From Macrostomum lignano (lineage: Eukaryota), in assembly GCA_002269645.1 (NCBI GenBank), contig NIVC01002188.1, positions 1 to 64,000 on the forward strand: a stretch of DNA of 64,000 nt, written 5' to 3'. Positions 1 through 12,699 of this stretch are shown here, piece after piece (positions within the stretch are counted from its first letter, which is position 1; each line of letters begins with the position of its first letter). Position numbers and translations under genes: made by a program. Under the pieces are notes generated by a model. It ran no database searches and was not told where the DNA came from. It saw only the letters and a list, made by a program, of their open reading frames with translations.

Positions 1-600
1 CCCTTCTGACACAATAAACACCCCTCTTCTGACACCATAAACACCCCCTTCTGACACCATAAACACCCCCTTCTGACACCATAAACCCCTTCTGACCAAT
101 AAACACCCCCTTCTGACACCAATAAACACCCCTTCTGACACCAATAAACACCCCCTTCTGACACCAATAAACACCCCTCTTCTGACACCAATAAACACCC
201 TCTTCTGACACCAATAAACACCCCCTTCTGACACCAATAAACACCCCTTTTCTGACACCAATAAACACCCATCTTCTGACGCCAATAAACACCCCCTTCT
301 GACACCCATAAACACCCCCTTCTGACACCAATAAACACCCATCTTCTGACGCCCATAAACACCCCCCTTCTGACACCCATAAACACCCCCTTCTGACACC
401 AATAAACACCCTTCTGACACCAATAAACACCCCCTTCTGACACCAATAAAGCACCCCCTTCTGACACCAATAAACACCCCTTCTGACACCAATAAAGCAC
501 CCCCTTCTGACACCAATAAACACCCCTCTTCTGACACCAATAAACACCCCCTTCTGACGCCATAAACACCCCCCTTCTGACACCCATAAACACCCCCTTC
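1..600. repeat. Intronic minisatellite, ~22-24 bp unit (TTCTGACACCAATAAACACCCC)
   Basis: Direct head-to-tail repeats with variable C-run length; ends just before the GTGAGC donor of the SH3 exon (minus strand). Confidence 0.97.
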
Positions 601-619
601 CGACAGCCACCCGGCTCAC

Positions 620-808
620 CTCCAGCACGCCAATCAGCTGCAACCTGTTGGCCGGTGCGATCCCGGTTCTGCCCCTGTATGCGCAGAGCCACCAGCCAGT
701 CAGCCCCGGTGGCTGCTGGTCCAGCACCGTCAGGATAGCGTCCCGCTGAAAGTGCAGCTCGGTCTCGTAGCTGGACTGATTGTCGTACAGAGCCTTGGCC
801 AGCAGCGC
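620..808 (-). CDS. BCAR1: Exon encoding the N-terminal SH3 domain of a Cas-family adaptor (p130Cas/BCAR1/NEDD9-like); rest of gene lies left of the window
   Basis: 189 nt phase0-phase0 exon between CAG acceptor (811-809) and GTGAGC donor (619-614) translates to ALLAKALYDNQSSYETELHFQRDAILTVLDQQPPGLTGWWLCAYRGRTGIAPANRLQLIGVLE, matching the Cas SH3 pattern (AKALYDN..EL.F....LTVL.Q...GL.GWWLC...GR.GI.P.NRL). Missed by the ORF track. Confidence 0.85.
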
Positions 809-1379
809 CTGCGGACATTTGAAATTTCAGTATTGAAATGAAAATTTTAAATAACAAATTTATTTGCTTTTAATTGAGCTTACACATTGTTGGTTCCAGC
901 TAAAATTTCTGGGCTCTGGTGGGCCGACAGGCAGCTGAGCAGCAAGTTCATGAATGCGAATTCGAACAGAAATAGCCTATTTCAACTACAAGCACGAAAG
1001 CAGCAAATTAATTTTCCTTTTTAATATAGCTGGCTTACTGCAGTATGCAAGCCTGAAAGTCTTAAAAGCTGCTGCATTTTTTCCTTCCTTCTTCCTAGGC
1101 CAATTGCGTTCGAGCTGCGAGTGCCTTGCAGTAGTCGGAAAAATTATTAATCGAAAATTTGTTAGGGACAGGCCCGGTTCTGCGAGGCCCAGGTTACTCA
1201 GTATAAATGGTTTGAATTGCCCTGATTGTTAACTCTGCAAGCTGCATTGGCACCCAGAATGAACTGAAAATTATTATTTGAATTCATGCACTGAGCTATG
1301 AGGTATAACAGCTAGTAGTTTAGCTACTCTAAAATGCAATTTACTGTTCAATATCGAATGCTTCTTCCCGGTCTTCCGA

Positions 1380-1830
1380 TCTCTCCCCATTTCTCCAATC
1401 ATTTCTCCCCATCTCCTATTTCTTCATATTTCTTCCCATTTCCACCATTTCCCGCCATTTCAACCCATTTCTCCCCATTTATCCTCTTTTCTCCCAATTT
1501 CTCCGCATTTCTCCTCATTTTTCCCTATTTCTCCCCATCTATCCTCATTTCTCCCCATTTCTTCCTATTCTCCCCCACATCTCCCAACAAAAACCCGTAT
1601 CTCCCAACAAATACCCATATCTCCCATCAAATACCCGTATCTCCCAACAAATACCCGTATCTCCCATCAAATACCGTATCTCCCAACAAATACCCGTATC
1701 TCCCATCAAATACCCGTATCTCCCATCAAATACCCGTATCTCTCCATTTCCTCCGTTTCTTCTTATTTCTCCTCATTTCTTCCCATTTCCCTTCATTCTA
1801 CCCATCATACCTCTCCATTTCTCTCCGGAT
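1380..1830. repeat. CT-rich low-complexity tract with a central 20-bp array (TCTCCCAACAAATACCCGTA, ~1580-1742)
   Basis: Degenerate TTTCTCCCCA units flank ~7 copies of a 20-mer; explains ORF 1334..1843. Confidence 0.9.
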
Positions 1831-2344
1831 AGCATCTGCTTAAAAATGGCATAATAGTACTATAGCTGTCAAGTAATTTCTTTCAGGAATTTTTCTCCTT
1901 AAGCCTTAAGCAGCAATTGCCAACAACAGTTGCTATCGATATTGCTTTCACTTTATACATGTACTGGCAATATAAGATTCTGCAAGGGCACACTACTAGC
2001 AAGAGTGACTCATAAGTGAACTGCTGACCATCTACTTTTACTGATCATTTCTAGCATTTCTTCAGTTTACTTCGAGGAATTTAGTTACGTACGTATATAC
2101 ATCCTCTTCAATATGCAGCTTTATTACCCCACCGAAAATATCGTTTCTACTTGTTGGGGGGGGGGCGTGATTGTAAGAAAACCGCATGAGTCACTCGGGC
2201 CTGCTGCGGAAGCTTAGGATGCTGTGTGCCAGATTAATTGGTTGATGAAGCTAGAGAGCCAGGGACGTGAGGAGGTCTGGGATGGACTACCTGGAAAACA
2301 ATGAGAGTCTGAGGTGGAGACTGATGTGTATAAATGAAGGACAT

Positions 2345-4420
2345 GGGGAGACTGAGGTGGACAGCTGAAGGATCCGGAGGCGACTGAGTTGGGACAACTG
2401 AAGTATCTGAAACTGACTGAGGTGGGACAACTGAAGTATCTGAAACTGACTGAGGTGGACAGCTGAAGTATCTGAAACTGACTGAGGTGGACAGCTGAAG
2501 TATCTTGAGGTGACTGAGGTGGACAGCTGAAGTATCTGAAACTGACTGAAGTGGACAGCTGAAGTATCTGAAACTGACTGAGGTGGACAGCTGAAGTATC
2601 TGGAGGTGACTGAGGTGGACAGCTGAAGTATCTGGAGGTGACTGAGGTGGACAGCTGAAGTATCTTGAGGTGACTGAAGTGGACAGCTAAAGTATCTGAA
2701 ACTGACTGAAGTGGACAGCTGAAGTATCTGGAGGTGACTGAGGTGGACAGCTGAAGTATCTGAACTGACTGAGGGGGACAGCTGAAGTATCTGAACTGAC
2801 TGAGGTGGACAGCTGAAGTATCTGAACTGACTGAGGTGGGCAGCTGAAGTATCTGAACTGAATGAGGTGGACAGCTGAAGTATCTTGAGGTGACTGAAGT
2901 GGACAGCTGAAGTATCTGAAACTGACTGAGTTGGGACAACTGAAGTATCTGAAACTGACTGAGGTGGACAGCTGAAGTATCTGAAACTGACTGAGGTGGA
3001 CAGCTGAAGTATCTTGAGGTGACTGAAGTGGACAGCTGAAGTATCTGAAACTGACTGAGGTGGACAGCTGAAGTATCTGAAACTGACTGAGGTGGACAGC
3101 TGAAGTATCTTGAGGTGACTGAGTTGGGACAACTGAAGTATCTGAAACTGACTGAGGTGGGACAACTGAAGTATCTGAAACTGACTGAGGTGGACAGCTG
3201 AAGTATCTGAAACTGACTGAGGTGGACAGCTGAAGTATCTTGAGGTGACTGAGGTGGACAGCTGAAGTATCTGAAACTGACTGAAGTGGACAGCTGAAGT
3301 ATCTGAAACTGACTGAGGTGGACAGCTGAAGTATCTGGAGGTGACTGAGGTGGACAGCTGAAGTATCTGGAGGTGACTGAGGTGGACAGCTGAAGTATCT
3401 TGAGGTGACTGAAGTAGACAGCTAAAGTATCTGAAACTGACTGAAGTGGACAGCTGAAGTATCTGAAACTGACTGAGGTGGACAGCTGAAGTATCTGAAA
3501 CTGACTGAAGTGGACAGCTGAAGTATCTTGAGGTGACTGAGGTGGACAACTGAAGTATCTGAAACTGACTGAGGTGGGACAACTGAAGTATCTGAAACTG
3601 ACTGAGGTGGGACAGCTGAAGTATCTGAAACTGACTGAGGTGGACAGCTGAAGTATCTGAAACTGACTGAGGTGGACAGCTGAAGTATCTTGAGGTGACT
3701 GAGGTGGACAGCTGAAGTATCTGAAACTGACTGAAGTGGACAGCTGAAGTATCTGAAACTGACTGAAGTGGACAGCTGAAGTATCTGAAACTGACTGAGG
3801 TGGACAGCTGAAGTATCTGGAGGTGACTGAGGTGGACAGCTGAAGTATCTTGAGGTGACTGAGGTGGACAACTGAAGTATCTGAAACTGACTGAGGTGGG
3901 ACAACTGAAGTATCTGAAACTGACTGAGGTGGGACAACTGAAGTATCTGAAACTGACTGAGGTGGACAGCTGAAGTATCTGAAACTGACTGAGGTGGACA
4001 GCTGAAGTATCTTGAGGTGACTGAGGTGGACAGCTGAAGTATCTGAAACTGACTGAAGTGGACAGCTGAAGTATCTGAAACTGACTGAAGTGGACAGCTG
4101 AAGTATCTGAAACTGACTGAGGTGGACAGCTGAAGTATCTGGAGGTGACTGAGGTGGACAGCTGAAGTATCTTGAGGTGACTGAAGTGGACAGCTAAAGT
4201 ATCTGAAACTGACTGAAGTGGACAGCTGAAGTATCTGGAGGTGACTGAGGTGGACAGCTGAAGTATCTGAACTGACTGAGGGGGACAGCTGAAGTATCTG
4301 AACTGACTGAGGTGGACAGCTGAAGTATCTGAACTGACTGAGGTGGGCAGCTGAAGTATCTGAACTGAATGAGGTGGACAGCTGAAGTATCTGAACTGAA
4401 TGAGGTGGACAGCTGAAGTA
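2345..4420. repeat. 32-bp minisatellite (ACTGAGGTGGACAGCTGAAGTATCTGAAACTG), ~65 copies
   Basis: Direct repeats; 32-aa periodicity in the minus-strand ORFs equals 3 units. Confidence 0.97.
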
Positions 4421-4541
4421 TAGCAGATAGCAGAATAGCAGAAATAGCAGAAATAAGACCTAAACCCAGAATATAAAAAATGGATAGACTATGTTAAATA
4501 AGAAACTCTACAGTACAGTTAGAACAATTAGTAGATCTTAC

Positions 4542-4544
4542 CAT
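4542..4544 (-). other. Candidate start-codon micro-exon end of the Cas gene (ATG|GTAAG)
   Basis: Minus strand reads TTTCATG|GTAAGAT; phase 0 joins to GCG of the SH3 exon (M-ALLAKALYDN). Inference only. Confidence 0.35.
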
Positions 4545-6472
4545 GAAACTATTAATTAGCCAATTTGTTCACCTTGTCTTTGAAGCCTAGTCTCTTCTTG
4601 TTATTTTGGCAGCCCTATTTTGTCGAAAATAGAGAAACGATTGGAATTAAATAGATTTAATTTCAGAAAAAAATAAATAATGCGCCAGTAATTTAAAAGC
4701 CTGTTTAGCTACTACTGGCTCTGTCTCTAATGCAGTTTTGCTGGGCCTTAAAATTTCAGCCAGCCCTATACCTGCCAATGCGAGCACAGCTGATGTGGAC
4801 AAGCAGATAAACCCGTGTAATTATGGTTGGCACTGTGCAACTAAGGCTAATAAATCGCTTTCTTTTAGATTGATAAGGGTCGCCGCGGCATAGCTGTGTA
4901 CAGGTGCAGTGACCATTGGCTAGAAGCCTTCATGTCTTAGGCTAGCAGTTTATTTATCAAACCGTATCATTCCGTTAGCTAAAAATGTGCAATTAAACTG
5001 GGGCAGCCAGGCGATTGATCATTAAATAGCAGAAATATTCATTCTACGCTACTTACGACAGCTTGTAAGTAGGCACAAAAATTTGATGTTACACTAAATA
5101 TACCAAGCTCATAAGATCTGTTCTGGGTGGATGAAAGTGAATGACTCATCACAAAATCACTAATCCTTCGATCTTTTCTAAGTCGGTAATCTTTAACTGT
5201 TTTTCGTGTCACGTGACTAAGTTCAGCTTAGCAGAGGGAGGTCAGAGCGTCAGAGCGAGAAATGCATGGTAAGCTGACTCGTCTTACATTTTGTGCTTGA
5301 CTCCGGTTTCCTGTCAGCAAAGATACGAGTACTAGCGCAGTGTAAGTCAGCAAAGACAAGGAATCCTATTTGTCCTATTTTAGTATTTTATCACAGAGAG
5401 AGCGAAGCAAGGCATGCTTTACGAACAACGACCAAATAGAATAGAATAAAAATATTATATCACTTGAAGTGTTGGATTTAAGAGCAGCAACACAGCAAAT
5501 TGATTTTATTGAAGTTATTTATCACCAATAGCGCAGTTATGCCTATGGTTATGCTTGGCCTTCGAGTTGAATTTTGTTAACATTTTTACTTGGTTAGGTT
5601 TTCCAATGCGAAATTAACACCAAAATTAGGTTTGGCTCTTAAAAAATTCGATTTCACGCGGTTTCACTCATAATCGTGTCTTTTTGAGCTAAAAATACGA
5701 GCGCTTCCTCTATCTGATAAGTCGGCAATCGGCATTACCAATGTTATAGTATAAAACCTTTTCTTTTTATTATCAGAGAGACCTTTGCAACCTTTTAATT
5801 TAAAATGCTAGTGCATTTAAATTAAAACAACTGCGCGCGTCTTTTACATGTAATATATTCGCGAATACCAACCAAGCGAGCTATTTTTATACGATAGTAT
5901 ATCTGCCTTGTGCGCACTATAAATAAGTTATTAACTGCGGAAATAAACAAGTCTTGTGATTGTGGTATACAACTGTACATAGCACACACTATCTATACAG
6001 CAAGGCGGCTTACTAATAATGCTGGCCCTGTTTAAGGAATTATCGACCCAGCCAGCAAGAAGCACCAGCACCCCCAGGAAGAAATCTCCTCCTCTCCTCA
6101 AGCCCGCTAGCGGCGGGCGAGTGCGGGTTTCAAAAACTAATCAGCAAAGCGAGTCACCCCGTTCTTTTCGTCCGCGGCAGTTCAACCCCCGGTCACGAAT
6201 GTACATAATGTACATTGTGTCCGCCCCGCGGAGACTCACTCATTCTTCTCTCCACTCACCCCGAGGAAGAGCTGCGTATGTACATTCAAGACTGTACGGT
6301 GCCTGTGGTCCTCGATAGATTTTCTAACCCTCTGTCCTTCCTATACTTCTTAACTTCTACCATATAATCGTGTGCTCCATTCCGGTACAAGAAAGCACCA
6401 AGCCCTTATTTTACAACAGACCTTCCGTATAGCGCTTTAGCACATCACACAGACGGATTAAAGCCTATCAAA

Positions 6473-6829
6473 ATGGCCGACCCGAATGCAGTCCTGACCG
6501 ACATCAACAAGTTCAACAAGGACCAGATGCACCATGTTGAGGTAACTGAGAAGACCCACCTGCCAGACAAGGAGCAGGTTGAAAGCGAACGCAAAGAGGT
6601 CCAGCTGCGCCAGGAAATCGAACAGGACCACCAGCTACATCACGTCAAGGTCGAAGAGAAAGTACAACTGCCATCCCCAGACGACATCGCCCAGGAGAGG
6701 CAGGAGATGCAGCTTCGAGCCGAGATCGAGGGCCAGCACTCGCTGAAGCATGTCGACCCGCTCGTGCGCAACAGCCTGCCAGACGCCGAGGCCATCGCCG
6801 AGGAGAAGAAGGCGCTCGGCAAGGAGTGA
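6473..6829 (+). CDS. Multi-repeat beta-thymosin (three WH2/thymosin repeats; ciboulot/tetrathymosin-like actin-binding protein)
   Basis: 118 aa, strong AAAATGG context, GC-rich codons; three repeats with I..F/IE..L(H/K)HV....K..LP....I..E(R/K) pattern. Confidence 0.9.
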   Translation: MADPNAVLTDINKFNKDQMHHVEVTEKTHLPDKEQVESERKEVQLRQEIEQDHQLHHVKVEEKVQLPSPDDIAQERQEMQLRAEIEGQHSLKHVDPLVRNSLPDAEAIAEEKKALGKE

Positions 6830-7884
6830 ATGATCACACCTCAGAGCACAGCATTAACTCTCATGATATACCGTATAACGTAAATAATCCTGATAAGGGG
6901 TAAACTGGGGTTAAATGGCATCATAGGCATCGGTCACTCTTTCTTATCTAACAAAAATTTCGATCTATTCGAATAGTATTGCAACTGAAGTACTTTTAAT
7001 TCAGCCGTCATTTATCGCTGCTAGACTGATGGACTCAATTATTGAGAATTGCTACCGATGAGATGATATACTTTTTCTAATCCATGTATGTGATTGACAC
7101 TGAGTGAGTGAGTCCCTGACCTACTAATCTCCAACAAATCCTGATTGTATCAACACTAAAGGCAAAGCAGTTTTTTTATCTCGTAGTTCACTCGCTGGTT
7201 GGTCATCAATTTTTTCGTGCAAATGAATGTTTTTTACTACTTATATTCCTACAATTACTAAGTTATTTATTAATTAATTAGCTTACGCCTTACTGATGCT
7301 ACATTATCCCAAACCTAATTAGTTGTTAATTAAAGTAATTTACAAGACAACTCAATAGGAAAAAGTAGCTGTTTTTATAAATAATGAAATTTTCCCTCTG
7401 CTTTATTGCCGTCATCAGAAATTTAATTTTTAAGATTTAAAAAATTTAATTGAATTGCAATTTCTTGTACGAATTTTTCTTAAACTTTTGTTACAACACT
7501 TACCTACAGTAGTATGATTTAATACGCGTTGACCTCTGACGTTTAGTTTAACTATTAATACATTGCTCTCTTTTAGTTACCTTGTTTAATTAATTTACTG
7601 TATATTACAATTAAATTGTTTCCTTTTCTACACCTTGGTTGTTGGGCTTTGAAATACCAAAATCGAGTGCCGTCTTAAACGCAAATTAAATATATATATG
7701 CAATTCCATCGCTTGCTCGCTTTTGAGCACCTGGGCTTCGTAAGTTCGAAAGTTGTATGGCCTTTTGTTTAAGAGATAATTATTTCTTGTAGAATTATGC
7801 TGGAAATCACAGCCTGCCTTTCGTTGGGGAGGGGGGGGCAACAAAGGAAGAAGGTCATAAAACCCTCATCGTTTAGATTCCATA

Positions 7885-8890
7885 TTCACCGGATCCCTGA
7901 CTCTCTGATCCCCTGACTCTCCCATTCCCTGACTCTCCGATTCCCTGACTCTCCGATTCCCTGACTCTCCGATTTCCTGATTCTACCATTTCCTGACTCT
8001 CCCATTCCCTGATTCTCCGATTCACTGACTCTACCATTTCCTGACTCTCGCATTCCCTGACTCTCCGATTCCCTGACTCTCCGATTCCCTGACTCTACCA
8101 TTTCCTGACTCTCCATTCCCTGATTCTCCGATTCCCTGACTCTCCGATTCCCTCACTCTACCATTCCCTGACTCTCCGATTCCCTGACTCTCCGATTCCC
8201 TGACTTTCCGATTACCTGACTCTCCGATTCCCTGACTCTACCATTTCCTGACTCTACCATTCCCTGACTCTCCGATTCCCTGACTCTACCATTTCCTGAC
8301 TCTACCATTCCCTGACTCTTCGATTCCCTGACTCTCCGATTCCCTGACACTCCGATTCCTTGACTCTCCGATTCCCTGACTCTCCGATTCCCTGACTCTC
8401 CGATTCCCTGACTCTCCGATTCCCTGACTCTCCGATTCCCTGACTCTCCGATTCCCCGACTCTCCGATTCCCTGACTCTTCGATTCTCTAGCTGACTCTC
8501 CGATTCCCTGACTCTCCGATTCTCTAGCTGACTCTCCCATTTCCCAGCTGACTCTCCCATTCCCCAGCTGACTCTCCCATTCCCCAGCTGACTCTCCCAT
8601 TCCCCAGCTGACTCTCCCATTCCCCAGCTGACTCTCCCATTCCCCAGCTGACTCTCCCATTCCCCAGCTGACTCTCCCATTCCCCAGCTGACTCTCCCAT
8701 TCCCCAGCTGACTCTCCCATTCCCCAGCTGACTCTCCCATTCCCCAGCTGACTCTCCCATTCCCCAGCTGACTCTCCCATTCCCCAGCTGACTCTCCCAT
8801 TCCCCAGCTGACTCTCCCATTCCCCAGCTGACTCTCCCATTCCCCAGCTGACTCTCCCATTCCCCAGCTGACTCTCCCATTTCCCAGTTG
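7885..8890. repeat. Compound minisatellite: 16-bp unit (CCGATTCCCTGACTCT) grading into 20-bp unit (CTGACTCTCCCATTCCCCAG)
   Basis: 16-mer array ~7885-8520; near-perfect 20-mer array ~8525-8890; shared CTGACTCT core. Confidence 0.97.
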
Positions 8891-11087
8891 ACTCTCGTTT
8901 CCCTGACTCTCTGTTTTCCCGACTTTGATTCCATGAGTCTCTAATTCCCTGAGTCTGATTCCCGGATTCCAGGATTTTCTGACTCTCCGAGGCCCTGACC
9001 CCCACGGCGTAGAGAGTGTACATACAGACGGTATACATGTTCATGTAAATGCGCATCTTTGTCTTCTACTAATTATTTGAAACAATATCTATATGTTCGG
9101 CTTTAGCTTGTTTATCTCTGAACAGAAACTCGACCATCCAAGTTATATCAAGAGTTTCACCATGACTAAATCCAACGCATTTAACTGGCTTTAAAAAGCT
9201 ACGACCGCCTTCTGCAACCCCCACACAGAAAGTATCGGAACGATAGTCGAAACCGCGCAGCTATGCACGCGCGGTGACTCATCGACCTTATACGCTCGCA
9301 TTTCAGCCAAGGGATTGGTCAAGGGAATGTCTAGTTTATTGCATCATTTTTTAACATAGTTAACCATAATCGCGATCGCTTGGTTGCTGCGAAAAGAGGC
9401 CTTGCTTGTCTGTCTGCCCGCTCACACTACACTGCCCCTGTATGAGTGACGCTCCTATTGCTGGATAGCAATACATGTATAATCTAGGTCGAGGTTCGAT
9501 TGAGGATAAGAGTTTGCACCGTAATTATTATCGCCCCTACGGCTCGAGAATGCATGCAGGGGAATCCGTTCATTGATGGATAACGAAGTCATACATCGGC
9601 TGAACGTCGCTAACAGCACAGAGAGCGTACATGGCTGCCCAAAAGTCAGGACCGCTGTAAACCCTGTGTTGCATCCGTGTGCGGAACCATTGTACCATGC
9701 AGCCAAGATACTCACCGGCACTTGAATTTCAACGTAGACGCGTGGAGTTTTGTTAAAATTGTTGCACCACGAATAGCCGTTGGCGAGAGCGGACTGCCGA
9801 TGTTCGACCTCATCGTCAGACATGATTTTGCGTGCAGCTATTGATTTGCAGAAGTTTAGTTGCACTTCGAGTGGAATAAGCTTAAGCGATTGTTAAAAAT
9901 TCAGCACATGTTCTATACCAATGGAATAAAATCACCTGCAGCAAAAAGAGTTGCTATATAACAGTGTTATGAAATGGGGGGAGCAATTTTGCAGATTACT
10001 ACGCCCTCTCTACGCTGGCCGCCACATCGACGGCATGTTTGGGATTTTAACGGTGTGCGGTTGGCCCCCACCAGTGCAGCGAGGGCGGACCGGGGATTAT
10101 TAGCTTATAGGCTGGTTGGCAGCCACAGGTCGGTAGGTCGGGGGAGAGAGATAGGTTCGGAATACGCTTCTTGGGAAGAAAACAGTCATAGGAGGATGAG
10201 GATATCGGATGGGTCGGACCGGGGTCGAGTGGCTTCGCCGCCTCGATGGCAGGCATGCAACTATTGCGCGAGCCAAGCCAGCCATTACGAGCGCATTGGT
10301 AAGTGGTGTGGTGTGTGTGCCCATGTGTGTGTGTATTGAATGTGCGCTGCAGCTGTAGCTGCTTCAGAAAATACGGAAGAAACACGTGCGCCTGGGGGGA
10401 GCTTGGGGGGGGGGTTCATTGGAGGGGAGCGCCCCTTGTTGGATAAAGAACCAGCTGGGATAGGCGTGGGCCCCAGAAAACGGCTGCATGGACAAACGTC
10501 CGCAGGAGTTGTTCAAGCAATTGCTACCCAAGCGCCGCAGCTTTATACAGCCCCTCTAATTTCTCCGCGTCGACCGACCAATTTGCAACTCGTCTTCGAA
10601 AGCAGCGAACCGCTACAGTCGTACATGTATATTCCGCTGGCCTGTGGGACGCAACAAAACTTGCACTTAACAGTGTAAGGTCGATCCCAACCAAAACGCA
10701 TGTAGTTGCAACAGGCAAAATCAAAGCACAGAAAAATAAGAAAGCAAAAGAATGTTTTTTACTGCATGCATTTTTGCAGCCACAGCCGCAGACATGAAGT
10801 TTGTGCTGTAGAAAACAAACGGCCTGCTTGCTTCTTGTATGCAAATTACGCTAGAACTTGACTGTTTCTGGAATCGCTTACAGTAAAAAAGCTTTCCATC
10901 CTAATCTGCTTCTTGTTGCGCGATTCTGCATAGCATGCTAATGACAATTGTCTGCGATTTATTTATTTAATTTTGGAACTAAGGGCATGGTAGAGCTGAA
11001 ATTTTTCGTTGAATACACAGAGTAAATTTTCTTAATTCATAAAAAGAGAAAATACGCAGTTACACTTAAAGCAATCACGCAGGGTCT

Positions 11088-11190
11088 CTCGATTCCCCAG
11101 CTGACTCTCCGATTCCCTGTCTCTCCGATTCCCCAGCTGACTCTCTGATTCCCCAGCTGACTCTCCGATCCGATTCTCTGACTCTCTAAT
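11088..11190. repeat. Short array related to the 7885-8890 minisatellite
   Basis: GATTCCCCAGCTGACTCTCC units. Confidence 0.8.
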
Positions 11191-11255
11191 ATCCTGACTT
11201 CCCTGACAAAATATGTTGTCCAATATCAATATCAACAGCATCCCCATCCATCATG

Positions 11256-11396
11256 AACAACAACAACGACAACAACAACAACAACAACAGCAACAACGAC
11301 AACAACAACAACAACGACGACAAAAACAACAACAAAAACAACAACAAAACCAAAAACAACAACAACAACAACAAAAACAACAACAGCAACAACAAC

Positions 11397-11430
<34 letters not shown>

Positions 11431-11433
11431 ACG

Positions 11434-11479
<46 letters not shown>

Positions 11480-11480
11480 C
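11256..11480. repeat. (AAC)n microsatellite, ~75 triplets, imperfect
   Basis: Direct observation; produces the polyQ/polyN/polyL ORFs. Confidence 0.97.
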
Positions 11481-11489
11481 TGGTGATGG

Positions 11490-12660
11490 TGCACGACGGT
11501 TAGGTGGATGGTGACGGAAAGAAACGGAGGAGCGGCGAGCGTCTGCACGTGGAACGACGGCAAGGAGCTCGTAAAATTGGCTGCGGCAGGCGAAATTGTG
11601 CAGCTTACTAATGGTGGCAGAGAAGACGGGTTACACTGGCCCTAGCTGGACATTATCGAAGAGCCTGAGACCAAACAGCGCCCTCATTCTGACTGATAGC
11701 AAAGCCGCCATCATGACTACAGCGAGAGAAAGAGTCACCCAAAGCAAGAGCCAGTACGGCCAACGGCCAGGCTGATCAAACGTTTGAGAATTAAGGCTAA
11801 CAAATGGTGGTACTTGTCAGGGAGTACGAAATTTTCCTTCGGGAAGTTTCCCCATGGAAGTTTGCCCACAGTTGCATTTCACCTACATTAATTCAATTTA
11901 TTGACGACTATTAAAGTTTATACAGTAAATCTATGCTAGCTAGCAATGCGCTATACTCAATATTACCTTAATTAGACACCTAAAGTACATGGATTCACAT
12001 CTTTTAATCACATATATCTGGTAACTGGTTCTAATGATCACGCGATCTGGAGCCCAGAAATCCTCAAACCCGTCCCTAACAGCACTAAGGAGTAAATAAA
12101 TTAAGGATTCCTTGTTAAAATGAGAGATTTACGAGCGTAAAAGCGAAATTTGAGGATCTAGAGTTCTTGTTACGAAGTTCAAAGTTCTGTGCAAAGTTCA
12201 ATCTCGCAGTCAATTTCATAGACCCGTCGTATGTCACGATCCAGTGGATCCCAGGCCATACATGTACATGTATGGGGATTCCGGGCAACGAAAGAACGAA
12301 ACAACGAAGCAGCTCTCAGCTACCTGAGAAACAGCTGGAGATCCGATGCGTTCTACGCACGACTAAGAGCAGTTTACAGCAGCAAGATCGAGCAGGCCGA
12401 CGTCGGTAGAAGGACTGCAACGTACGTTGTTGGCACAGCCAAGGACAGGGCACTGCAGATGTACTCGTACCAGATACTGGAGGCAAAAGGTCGGTTTGGA
12501 GCCGGTGGATGCCTGTGAGGACTGCGGAGAAAGCGAAGATAATAAAGACCAATGGTGGAGTTGTGCACGTTGGGACGGCCTCCACAAAAGACTAGGGATG
12601 GAGTCAGTCTCTGACCTGAGAAAGGAGGGGATTTGGTGGTAAATTTCCCCAGGGCGGCTC
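11490..12660 (+). mobile_element. Decayed 3' part of an RNase H-containing non-LTR retrotransposon (I/Nimb/Ingi-like group), interrupted by ~0.4 kb unrelated AT-rich DNA
   Basis: RNase H motifs ILTDSKAAI (~11686-11712) and VTIQWIPGH..GIPGNER (~12232-12290); downstream RTGHC...KVGLEPVDACEDCGESED zinc-knuckle remnant (~12440-12560); frameshifts and stops. Confidence 0.75.
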
Positions 12661-12699
12661 ACCTGCAGTAAGTGGATTGCCTGAGAGGGATGCATGCTC

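Noticed and set aside
2214-3937. Long minus-strand ORFs (241, 431, 171 aa)
   Set aside because: Translations of the 32-bp array cycling through all three frames; intronic.
1-8890. Shared CTGAC core in several arrays as branch-point decoys
   Set aside because: Orientation relative to the transcribed strand is inconsistent.
7886-9056. ORFs with GESAGEW / ESESQG repeats
   Set aside because: Products of the 16- and 20-bp arrays.
9455-10680. ORFs 9455..9865 and 9974..10678 (CxxC-like, LLPKRRS stretch)
   Set aside because: No recognisable domain; at most a very old LINE or other TE remnant.
11186-11563. PolyQ, polyN and polyL ORFs
   Set aside because: Open in several frames because of (AAC)n; no domain or exon context.
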